Shown here piece by piece: positions 23,829-31,105 of a stretch of 32,000 nucleotides of DNA. The position numbers were made by a program, and so were the translations under genes. This DNA is from Candidatus Methylomirabilis limnetica. GTDB taxonomy: Bacteria; Methylomirabilota; Methylomirabilia; Methylomirabilales; Methylomirabilaceae. Numbering within the stretch: the stretch's first letter is position 1; every line of letters starts with the position of its first letter. Location of the stretch: positions 30,001-62,000 of the forward strand of contig NZ_NVQC01000030.1 of NCBI RefSeq assembly GCF_003044035.1, given 5' to 3'. The notes below the pieces were generated by a model. It saw nothing but the letters and a program-made list of their open reading frames with translations, was not told the DNA's origin and made no database searches.

Positions 23829-24692
23829 CTAAGTGACTGTCACCCGCAGGTAGAGGTCGCCACGCGTCCCCTTCTCACCCTCAAGCCCTTTCCCCTTCAG
23901 CCGCAGCCGCGTCCCGGATCGGATGCCCGGTGGGATCGTGACCATCAGCTCCTCGAGCTGGTCGGTCCGCATGAAGGTGACCCGCTTCTGGGTGCCGGAC
24001 GCGGCCTCCTGAGCGGTGATGGTCAGATGGTATCGAAGATTCGGGTCACCCTCGGCAGGGTCCGGATCTCCGGATATCAGCCGTTTCACCAGGTCAAAAC
24101 CGGCCTTGAGCCCACGACCGATCGCTGACCACCCGCCCTGTGATTGACTCTCGCCCAGCCCCTCTTGGCTCCGAGTCTGGTGGACCGCCGACATGCCTCC
24201 TCGACGATCAACCGCCATTCGAGAGGCGCGTCGCAACAGCACGCCGATCGGCGCACCCATAAAGACGCCGCCGAAGACAAAACCCCGGCCGCCGAAGAAG
24301 ACCTGGCGAACGAAGGCGTCATCGAAGCGGATGCCGGCCCTGGCGAATTCACGGTTCATCTCAGCAAAGATCGACGACATAGCAGGATTGGAGAGAAGAT
24401 CCCGGAAGATATCCTCCTGGGAGTACCGAAATCCGCCGCCGGCGGCGCCTGCCCCAGTGTGGGCCTGGCGGAAGGTATCGTATTGCCGCCGCTTCTGCGG
24501 ATCCATCAGAACGGCATACGCTTCGCTGATCTCTTTAAACCGCTCCCCCGCCTTGGGATCACCCGGATTCTTATCGGGGTGGTGCTGTAATGCGAGCTGC
24601 CGATACGCCTTTTTCAGCTCCTCCTCTGTGGCGTTTTGTGAGACGCCAAGGATGGCGTAATACTCCTTTCCATTGTCGCGCAACCGGGCCAT
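23829..24692 (-). CDS. J-domain protein (DnaJ/CbpA-like, lacks a Zn-finger domain)
   Basis: 287 aa. It has a J-domain with HPD (YYAILGV...[11 protein letters not shown]), a Gly-rich hydrophobic middle, and a single DnaJ C-terminal-type beta domain ([10 protein letters not shown]...GDLYLRVTV). Confidence 0.85.
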   Translation of the reverse strand: MARLRDNGKEYYAILGVSQNATEEELKKAYRQLALQHHPDKNPGDPKAGERFKEISEAYAVLMDPQKRRQYDTFRQAHTGAGAAGGGFRYSQEDIFRDLLSNPAMSSIFAEMNREFARAGIRFDDAFVRQVFFGGRGFVFGGVFMGAPIGVLLRRASRMAVDRRGGMSAVHQTRSQEGLGESQSQGGWSAIGRGLKAGFDLVKRLISGDPDPAEGDPNLRYHLTITAQEAASGTQKRVTFMRTDQLEELMVTIPPGIRSGTRLRLKGKGLEGEKGTRGDLYLRVTVT

Positions 24693-24696
24693 GCCT

Positions 24697-24897
24697 ATGC
24701 CTTACCCCCCCACCTTCGTCCTCCCCCTCCGAGGGGGGAGGAGTCCGCGTGAAGTGTCCCTTCCCCGCACCCAGAGGGTACCCGAGGTGAGGAGCCAGCG
24801 TATAGTGTCCCTTCCCCCCTTGAGGGGGAAGGATAGGATGGGGGGTAACGATGCATTTTCGTAGACCGTGGTGCGGCCGTACCACATGGGGTGTTAC
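24697..24897. repeat. Composite repeat: several C/G-tract hairpins plus the 41-nt TTTCGTA...GTGTTAC module
   Basis: CCTCCCCCTCCGAGGGGGGAGG. GTGTCCCTTCCCC occurs twice. CCCTTCCCCCCTTGAGGGGGAAGG. TTTCGTAGACCGTGGTGCGGCCGTACCACATGGGGTGTTAC occupies 24857-24897, and its last bases overlap the stop of the next gene. Confidence 0.85.
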
Positions 24898-25850
24898 TCC
24901 GGTTCCGGGTAAAGCGCAAGATAATCCTTAATTGCGTCGTGCGCGCTGCGGAACGCCAGATCCCCCCACGGAATCTCAGTCGGATGGAATATCCTCGCAT
25001 CGAGCGCTTCATCCTTCGCGGCAAGCTCGCCACCCACCACGCGCGCGGCGTAGACGACGATCACCACCCCTGAGTCCTCATAGGAGTAGACATTCAGGAG
25101 CCGATCGATCTCGACGTCGAGGTTGACCTCTTCCCGAGTTTCTCGGACGGCTGCCACCTCGACCCGCTCACCTCGATCGACGAAACCGCCGGGAAAGACC
25201 CATTTTCCGTAAGCCGGGGAGATCGCTCGCTGGACCAATACGATCCCACCATCGAGCATACACAGGGTGCCGGCAGCAACCTTCGGGTCATGATAATGGA
25301 CGAAAGAGCAGCTCCGACAGGCCTGAAGCTCCGGCCCGTCCGGTTTCATCCGCCTGGGCGTGAGCGGCAACCCACACCGCGGGCAAAATCGGAACGAGGC
25401 ATCCGATCTGTGCAGATGGTCCTGAGGGTGTTTATCCTCGTCGGTCACCTCTCGTTCCAATGGAACCGCGCAGATCGGATTGTCGCCTTCGGGCTCAGCG
25501 ATCCGTTCCAGAATTACCTCACCGATCTTCGAATGCACGCCCAGAGGTTTGGTGATCCGGCAGGCGATCCCGGGGTGCCGGCTGGCCGCCTGCTTGACAA
25601 GGGCGGGAATGCCGGTGGTGACGTGATGCCCTGGCCCAAGGAAGTAGGGGTGTACGATCACCTCATCTGCCCCATCGGCGACGCAGGCATCAAAACCTTG
25701 CTGAATAGTCGGCTCCACCAGCTCCATGTGAGCATAGTGAACGATGCGCAGGCCGAAGCGCTCCCGCATCACCTCTGCGACCTCACGGAGAAGCTCGTGT
25801 GATCCAGCGCGGCGGCTACCGTGATCGACAATGAGAAGGGCTTGCTTCAT
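24894..25850 (-). CDS. Fusion protein: small CbiX-type chelatase domain + Zn-ribbon + NUDIX hydrolase domain
   Basis: 318 aa. Residues ~1-120 are MKQALLIVDHGSR...VIVHPYFLGPGHH (CbiX/SirB pattern). Then CPRCG...CRSC (a Zn ribbon as in NudC-type enzymes). Then the Nudix box GKWVFPGGFVDRGERVEVAAVRETREEVNL. Confidence 0.85.
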   Translation of the reverse strand: MKQALLIVDHGSRRAGSHELLREVAEVMRERFGLRIVHYAHMELVEPTIQQGFDACVADGADEVIVHPYFLGPGHHVTTGIPALVKQAASRHPGIACRITKPLGVHSKIGEVILERIAEPEGDNPICAVPLEREVTDEDKHPQDHLHRSDASFRFCPRCGLPLTPRRMKPDGPELQACRSCSFVHYHDPKVAAGTLCMLDGGIVLVQRAISPAYGKWVFPGGFVDRGERVEVAAVRETREEVNLDVEIDRLLNVYSYEDSGVVIVVYAARVVGGELAAKDEALDARIFHPTEIPWGDLAFRSAHDAIKDYLALYPEPE

Positions 25851-25924
25851 TACGTCGGATTATACTACGCAGGGCAGCGGGTGACAATCCTGGTCGCTGG
25901 GCAGACCCGTTCCCGCACCAAAGT

Positions 25925-25954
25925 TTGACACGCCTTCGGTGTTTTCCTTAGAAT
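25925..25954 (+). promoter_or_regulatory. Candidate sigma70-type promoter (TTGACA-N18-TAGAAT) for pgeF
   Basis: TTGACA at 25925-25930 and TAGAAT at 25949-25954. It lies about 128 nt upstream of the ATG at 26082, with a repeat in the putative 5' UTR. This is a motif match only. Confidence 0.4.
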
Positions 25955-25988
25955 ACGTCATGGCTCTCCTGGCCACCCATACATCATG

Positions 25989-26035
25989 AACCCCCCCCAG
26001 CCCCCCTTTAGGGAAGGGGAATCGAAGGGGGTTTG
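25989..26035. repeat. C5T3/A3G5 hairpin repeat
   Basis: AACCCCCCCCAGCCCCCCTTTAGGGAAGGGGAATCGAAGGGGGTTTG, followed by heptamer remnants (GCTGATAGCTGAAC). Confidence 0.8.
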
Positions 26036-26081
26036 TCTGAGGCTGATAGCTGAACGCTATTTCCTGAGGAGTAGTTCCAAT

Positions 26082-26849
26082 ATGAAGATCCTTCGTCTGG
26101 AAGTCCCGCGCTGGGAACGATTTGACGGCTTAATCCATGGCTTTCTCGGCCGCTTCAGCGGCCAGGACCGGCCGCCCAATACCGCCTTTCGCCTTTCATG
26201 CGATGACGGAGACGATCCTCAAGCCGTCAAACGCAACTGGTGCGAGCTCAAGCAAGCGCTTAGCTTGCCGCGAATCACGATTATCACGGCCAGGCAGGTC
26301 CACGGGGACGCCGTTCTGAAGGTTTCACGCGGCGACGACAAACTGGCCGGGATTGGGGATGGGCTCATGACCGATGCGCCCAACCTCTGCGTAGGGGTGA
26401 TGACGGCTGATTGTGTCCCACTCCTATTCGTAGAACCTACTCGAAAGATTGCCGCTGCGGTCCATGCCGGCTGGCGGGGGACGGCTGCAGGCATCGCCCC
26501 ACGTGCGGTCACGTTGATGAAAGAGGTGTACCGGATCGACCCCGCTGCGCTTCATGTGGCGATGGGACCGTCCATCGGCCCCTGCTGCTACGAGGTGGGA
26601 ACAGAGGTCGCGGAGCAGATCGCGATGCACTGGAGAGAGGAGCTCATGGACGCCTGGAGGCCCGAGGGGGTCAAGGGCCGCCTTGATCTCAGGGCACTTA
26701 ACGAGGCCCAGCTTCTAGGCGCAGGCATTCCTCAATCGCACATCAGGAAGATCGGCCCCTGTACGGCCTGCCACGTCGGGGATTTCTTCTCCTACCGGAA
26801 AGAAGGAAAGAGCGGCCACCAGTTAAGCTTCATCGGCTGGCGAGGGTAG
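26082..26849 (+). CDS. pgeF: YfiH/PgeF family (DUF152) purine nucleoside phosphorylase / peptidoglycan editing factor
   Basis: 255 aa from the ATG at 26082 (SD GAGGAG 10 nt upstream). Motifs: HGFLGR, ARQVHG, GVMTADCVPLLF, AAVHAGWRGTAAG, GPSIGPCCYEVG, CT..H...FFSYR. The ORF-track start at 25986 runs through a repeat and is rejected. Confidence 0.88.
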   Translation: MKILRLEVPRWERFDGLIHGFLGRFSGQDRPPNTAFRLSCDDGDDPQAVKRNWCELKQALSLPRITIITARQVHGDAVLKVSRGDDKLAGIGDGLMTDAPNLCVGVMTADCVPLLFVEPTRKIAAAVHAGWRGTAAGIAPRAVTLMKEVYRIDPAALHVAMGPSIGPCCYEVGTEVAEQIAMHWREELMDAWRPEGVKGRLDLRALNEAQLLGAGIPQSHIRKIGPCTACHVGDFFSYRKEGKSGHQLSFIGWRG

Positions 26850-26873
26850 ATCGCGAATTCAGACGCGCTCTGA

Positions 26874-27087
26874 AGAATGAACCTACCCCGCAGCAATCTG
26901 CGGGGTATCGTCTTCTGTTCTGGCCCGTCATTCCGTGCTTGACACGCCTGCCCCGTACTTGATACGGGGGAATCCAGTCGGGCCCTCTGGATACCGGCGC
27001 CCGCCCCGGACTCCTATCCGGGGTCCGCCGGTATGACGAACTCGCGGCAAGCCGCGGGGAATGAATCCCCAGTGGATTCAAGGTCTT
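26874..27087 (+). repeat. Terminus-less copy C of the multi-hairpin core found in elements A and B
   Basis: It aligns with 7840-8055 almost throughout (…CATCGTCTTCTGTTCTGGCCCGTCATTCCGTGCTTGACACGCCTGCCCCGTACT.GATACGGGGGAATCCAGTCGG…GGTATGACGAACTCGCGGCA.GCCGCGGGGAATGAA.CCCCAGTGGATTCAAGGTCTTG). Confidence 0.85.
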
Positions 27088-27841
27088 GAAAATACCGCTC
27101 GACGCGAGCGAGATCTTCTTCGGTGTCCACCCCTATGGTGTCGTAGGGGGTCTCGGTGACATAGATCGGTATGCCATTCTCCAGGAACCGAAGCTGCTCG
27201 AGCTTCTCAGCCTGTTCCAGTCTGGACGGCGGCAGTTGGTGAAAGCGATCCAATGCCGATCGTGTATACGCATAGATACCGAGATGCTTGAAGTAGCGAG
27301 TCTCAGGCACATGGTCCCGGTTGTATGGAATAGCGCAGCGCGAGAAGTAGAGCGCCTTGCCGGTTGTATCCGTGACCACCTTCACACAGTTGGGGTTGTG
27401 CGCCTCGTCCGCCGTGATAGAGGTTTTTAGCGTACCGACCTGGACAGCGGCATCTTTCAGGAACGGCTGTAAGAGGGCCTCAAGGTGCGCCGGCCTGATC
27501 ATCGGCTCATCACCCTGGATGTTGACGTAGATATCGGCCGGTAGCGTCTGCATGACCTCGTGGATCCTGTCGGTCCCGGATGCATGGCAGCTCGATGTCA
27601 TGCGGACCTTCATCTGATTGCAGACGCAGTACTCGTAAACCTCTTTCGAATCGGTCGCCACCACCAGATCATCCAAAAGCCCACATTGGCTCGCGTACGC
27701 AAAAACGTGGTGCAACATCGGCCGGCCACGGATCGTCCGAAGGACTTTACCGGGCAGCCTCGTCGAGTCAAGCCTTGCCGGGATGACCCCGAGAATCGCT
27801 CGCTTTGCATGATGCTGCATCGTGTTGCAGTCGCCGCCCAC
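27014..27841 (-). CDS. kdsB: 3-deoxy-manno-octulosonate cytidylyltransferase (CMP-KDO synthetase)
   Basis: Motifs: ILGVIPARLDSTRLPGKVL, ...VNIQGDEPMI..., ...LEQLRFLENG... The start is either GTG 27841 (1-nt overlap with the upstream stop) or ATG 27820. The last 24 codons and the stop are encoded by repeat copy C. Confidence 0.88.
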   Translation of the reverse strand: MGGDCNTMQHHAKRAILGVIPARLDSTRLPGKVLRTIRGRPMLHHVFAYASQCGLLDDLVVATDSKEVYEYCVCNQMKVRMTSSCHASGTDRIHEVMQTLPADIYVNIQGDEPMIRPAHLEALLQPFLKDAAVQVGTLKTSITADEAHNPNCVKVVTDTTGKALYFSRCAIPYNRDHVPETRYFKHLGIYAYTRSALDRFHQLPPSRLEQAEKLEQLRFLENGIPIYVTETPYDTIGVDTEEDLARVERYFQDLESTGDSFPAACREFVIPADPG

Positions 27842-28149
27842 TACGGTTTTTTCTCCGACAGTTGGATGACCTCATGCATCTCGAAGACATTCCGGCCCGC
27901 GAACATCTCCTGGGGCGCCGGGTTGGCATGAGCCTGCTTGAACGATTCGCTCTGAGTCCAGGCCTCGAACGCCTCCTTGCTCTCCCAATAGGTCATGATG
28001 ATGTAGTAATCACCAATGATAGGCCGAAGGATTTCGTTTCGGATGAATCCCGGCATCTGATCAACCGCGCCAAGACGCCGCTCGAATCGCTTCTCAAACT
28101 CCTGCTCGTATCCCTTAGCAATTGGTACCCTGTTGGCAACGACAATCAT
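27841..28149 (-). CDS. ABM-domain monooxygenase, IsdG/HmoA-like (possible heme-degrading enzyme)
   Basis: 102 aa from the ATG at 28149 (SD GGGAGGG 5 nt upstream). It has MIVVANRV... (Asn6) plus ...AFEAW...FKQAH, which matches the Asn/Trp/His triad spacing of IsdG-type enzymes. Confidence 0.75.
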   Translation of the reverse strand: MIVVANRVPIAKGYEQEFEKRFERRLGAVDQMPGFIRNEILRPIIGDYYIIMTYWESKEAFEAWTQSESFKQAHANPAPQEMFAGRNVFEMHEVIQLSEKKP

Positions 28150-28246
28150 TGCGCCCTCCCATTCACGACAATTTACCTTCATTCGGTCGCATTGTCAGCA
28201 TCATAACTTTCCGAATGAAGGTCGTCAACGTACCCTTCCTGGACCC

Positions 28247-28300
28247 GGGAGGGGCAGGGCTTGCCCTGCCCGTGACGGGCGCAGCAAGCAGCGCCCCTAC
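28247..28300. repeat. Bipartite G-rich double hairpin (GTAGGGG family member)
   Basis: GGGAGGGGCAGGGCTTGCCCTGCCCGTGACGGGCGCAGCAAGCAGCGCCCCTAC. Confidence 0.8.
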
Positions 28301-28316
28301 AACTGAACACGGAGGC

Positions 28317-29345
28317 TTAGCCGGGGTGCGCTGCCATAAAGCGGTCGAGTTCAGCAATAAGGCGTTGCTTCTCGTCGGCGCGCAAGAAGCTCGCCTCAAA
28401 AGCGTTCCTTGCGAGCGTGTAGAGATCATGCCTCGTAAGCCCGAGAGCCTTTTGTGAGGCCAGGAGATTCTCGGTGATATAGCCGCCAAAGTACGCGGGA
28501 TCATCAGAATTGACGGTAACGCACAGCCCTAGATCCAGCAGTTTCTTAAGATTATGATCCTCTAGCGACTTGAAGACACGGAGTTTAACGTTTGAGAGGG
28601 GACACACGGTGAGGGGAATTCTTTCCCGGGCCAGTCGTTGGACCAGCGATGGATCCTCAAGACATCGGACGCCATGGTCTATCCGCGAAACGTTGAGCAG
28701 GTCGAGCGCCTGCCGGATATAGTCCGGGGGACCTTCTTCCCCTGCGTGGGCGACGGTCAAATACCCTTCCGCTCTGGCCCGCTGAAACACTTCAACGAAC
28801 TTGTTGGGGGGATGATTCAGCTCTGACGAGTCTAATCCGACAGCCACAATCCAGTTCTTAAATCGGAGGGAGGCCTCGAGCGTCTGCATCGCCGCCTCTG
28901 CGGTCAGGTGGCGGAGGAAGCACATAATCAGCTTTGATGAGATGCGAAGTCTTGGGATGGCCTCTTCGAGGGCGCGATGGATGCCCCTGATAACCGTTTC
29001 AAATGGGACGCCCCGATCGGTGTGAGCCTGGGGATCAAAGAAGATTTCCACGTGTCGAACATTCTGTTGCGCGGCGCGCTCAAGATAGGCCCAGGTCAAA
29101 TCAAAGAAATCTTGCTCGGAAAGAAGCACGCGGGTTCCGTCATAATAGATATCAAGGAACGACTGGAGGTTATGAAAGCTATACGCCTTGCGAAGCTCCT
29201 CGACCGTATGAAATCGAAGGGTCAGGCGATTGCGCCCGGCCATCTCCCACAACAGTTCAGGTTCCAATGTGCCCTCAATATGCACATGCAACTCTGCTTT
29301 TGGAAGATCGCGAATGAACTGGATCAGGTTGTAAGGGGTCATCAT
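28317..29345 (-). CDS. Adenosine/adenine deaminase family metallohydrolase (signature closest to type-2 adenine deaminase)
   Basis: 342 aa from [10 protein letters not shown]. Motifs: [16 protein letters not shown], ...HAGEEGP..., ...RIDHGV..., ...[15 protein letters not shown] lies immediately upstream. The 349-codon N-terminal extension in the ORF track is antisense to the neighbouring gene and is rejected. Confidence 0.88.
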   Translation of the reverse strand: MMTPYNLIQFIRDLPKAELHVHIEGTLEPELLWEMAGRNRLTLRFHTVEELRKAYSFHNLQSFLDIYYDGTRVLLSEQDFFDLTWAYLERAAQQNVRHVEIFFDPQAHTDRGVPFETVIRGIHRALEEAIPRLRISSKLIMCFLRHLTAEAAMQTLEASLRFKNWIVAVGLDSSELNHPPNKFVEVFQRARAEGYLTVAHAGEEGPPDYIRQALDLLNVSRIDHGVRCLEDPSLVQRLARERIPLTVCPLSNVKLRVFKSLEDHNLKKLLDLGLCVTVNSDDPAYFGGYITENLLASQKALGLTRHDLYTLARNAFEASFLRADEKQRLIAELDRFMAAHPG

Positions 29346-29603
29346 CTCCTTTTCTCTTCGCCCGATGAGCGTTCTCAAGTGAGAGCATACATCACCCGTC
29401 TCCCGTGTCCATACTTTTTGGGCGCTTTCAGGTGATTCAAAGAACCCTTGCCCGCTTTCCAATGCGGACTTATAATTCGCGGGGTATGGTCCCTCCTGCA
29501 GGGTGGAGGCAGGGCTTGCAGCCGAATCTATGGTGATAGCCGGTATTGCGGCCAGGCAGTAGAGGGATCGGGCGCGGTTATTTTGCTTAACAGGGAGGAT
29601 CAG

Positions 29604-30920
29604 ATGCCGACCACCATTCCCGCGTCTCAGCTTGCTTGTATGGTTACTGACGCCCACGAGCGAACCATCGGGCTGGTTCAAGATCTGGCGGAGACGCAAC
29701 TGGTTGTTCCCCAAACGGAGACTGTCAATCCTTTCCTCTGGGAGCTTGGGCATACGGCCTTTTTTTATGATGTCTTTCTCCTGCCGGTTCTTGGTTCCAC
29801 CAAGTTCCTGCTGGAGGGGGCGGAGAGTTTTTACGACTCGTTCAAGATAGATCACTGTGATCGCTGGGGCCTGCCCCTGCCTTCGAGAGAGACTACCCTT
29901 GATTACAAGAACAGAGTACTCGACTCGGTCCTCAAGCGTCTGGCTTCCGACCAGCCCGGCGCTGAGGAGACCTACTTGTATCTGCTCTCCGTATTGCACG
30001 AAGACATGCACGAGGAGGCATTCACCTACATGAGGCAGACCCTGGAATACCCCGCCCCAGGGCTCAGTACCATCGAGAATGGGTCGGGCGCACACGGGCT
30101 GGGTGGCGGCCCATGGCCCGGAGACGTCGAGATCCCGGGGGGGGCATTTCAGTTGGGCGCCACGCCTGATCTGCCCTTTGTGTTCGATAATGAGAAATGG
30201 GCCCATCCGGTCGACATCTCTCCATTCAAGATCGCTAAAGCTCCAGTGACCAACGCGCAGTTCGCCGAGTTCGTCGGGGATCGGGGTTATCTGCGCCGTG
30301 AGCTGTGGAGTCGTCAAGGGTGGATCTGGCGCACCAAGACGGGAGCACAGCGCCCGCTTTATTGGCACCGTGGACAGAACGGATGGCTGCACAGATATTT
30401 CGACCGGATTGTTTCACTTGAAGCGCATGCCCCTGTCGTCCACGTGGGCTGGCACGAGGCGGAAGCGTACTGCCAGTGGGCGGGCAGACGGCTTCCCACC
30501 GAGGCGGAGTGGGAGATGGCGGCCAGCGCGGAGCCCACCCCTGACGGTACACGCATCACCGGGCACAAGCGACGCTACCCCTGGGGAGATGAGCCGCCTA
30601 CGCCCGAACACGCCAACCTGGATTCACGTCGGCTGGGGTGCGTTGATGTGGGAGCGTACGCGGCCGGTGACAGCGCCTTTGGCTGCCGCCAGATGATCGG
30701 CAATGTCTGGGAGTGGACCGCCTCTCCCTTCTTTCCATTCCCCGGATTTACGGTAGATTCGCCATATAGAGAATATTCTGCGCCTTGGTTCGGTTATCGC
30801 AAGGTCTTGAGAGGGGGGGCGTGGGCCACCCGATCTCGCCTGGTCCGCAACTCGTTTCGCAATTTCTTCCTGCCGGACCGACGTGACGTATTTGCGGGAT
30901 TTCGTACCTGCGCCCTGTGA
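29604..30920 (+). CDS. EgtB-type non-heme iron sulfoxide synthase-like protein (DinB-like N-domain + FGE-sulfatase C-domain)
   Basis: 438 aa from the ATG at 29604 (SD GGGAGGA). It has 3-His motif candidates (WELGHTAFF and HEDMHEE) and FGE-type motifs ([35 protein letters not shown]). Confidence 0.8.
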   Translation: MPTTIPASQLACMVTDAHERTIGLVQDLAETQLVVPQTETVNPFLWELGHTAFFYDVFLLPVLGSTKFLLEGAESFYDSFKIDHCDRWGLPLPSRETTLDYKNRVLDSVLKRLASDQPGAEETYLYLLSVLHEDMHEEAFTYMRQTLEYPAPGLSTIENGSGAHGLGGGPWPGDVEIPGGAFQLGATPDLPFVFDNEKWAHPVDISPFKIAKAPVTNAQFAEFVGDRGYLRRELWSRQGWIWRTKTGAQRPLYWHRGQNGWLHRYFDRIVSLEAHAPVVHVGWHEAEAYCQWAGRRLPTEAEWEMAASAEPTPDGTRITGHKRRYPWGDEPPTPEHANLDSRRLGCVDVGAYAAGDSAFGCRQMIGNVWEWTASPFFPFPGFTVDSPYREYSAPWFGYRKVLRGGAWATRSRLVRNSFRNFFLPDRRDVFAGFRTCAL

Positions 30921-30949
30921 TATTGGCTCGAAAGCCCCCCCCACTCGGC

Positions 30950-31004
30950 GTAGGGGCGACCCTTGTGGTCGCCCGATCTGGGCAGGCACAAGGCCTGCCC
31001 CTAC
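30950..31004. repeat. Bipartite G-rich double hairpin (clearest member)
   Basis: GTAG-GGGCGACCCTTGTGGTCGCCC-GATCT-GGGCAGGCACAAGGCCTGCCC-CTAC. It lies 30 nt after the stop of the EgtB-like gene and may act as a terminator. Confidence 0.85.
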
Positions 31005-31105
31005 AAGGGAAGGGTTGAGGAGGGGGTGCGGGATCCGGACTCTCATGTGTATGGGCGTGCCGGCGGCGCATGCGGTATTGCCCTAAAAGAACGGAAGGGA
31101 CCAGC

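Noticed and set aside
25986-26081. Upstream extension of pgeF (track start 25986), and similarly of the EgtB-like gene (29448) and the ABM gene (28182)
   Set aside because: The extensions run through repeat sequence or the neighbouring divergent gene region, and they lack family-conserved residues. Internal ATGs with good SD sequences (26082, 29604, 28149) give proteins of canonical length.
29466-29534. Purine-riboswitch-like string GGACTTATAATTCGCGGGGTATGG...CCGAATCTATGGTG in the deaminase/EgtB-like intergenic region
   Set aside because: The 5' and 3' portions resemble the xpt/add purine riboswitch (TATAAT.CGCG..ATATGG ... CCGACTATG). However, the conserved J2/3 segment (TTTCTACC) and a complementary P2 3' strand are missing. 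A P1 helix is weak. The orientation is plus strand, antisense to the deaminase gene that would be the expected target. A cmscan with RF00167 would settle it, and I expect no significant hit.
28317-30392. 691-aa ORF in the track suggesting a very large deaminase fusion protein
   Set aside because: Only the C-terminal 342 residues (from [13 protein letters not shown] at 29345/29342 with AGGAG upstream) look like a deaminase. The N-terminal 349 codons have no recognisable features. They are antisense to the well-supported EgtB-like gene and span the divergent intergenic region, which is a typical open antisense frame in GC-rich DNA.
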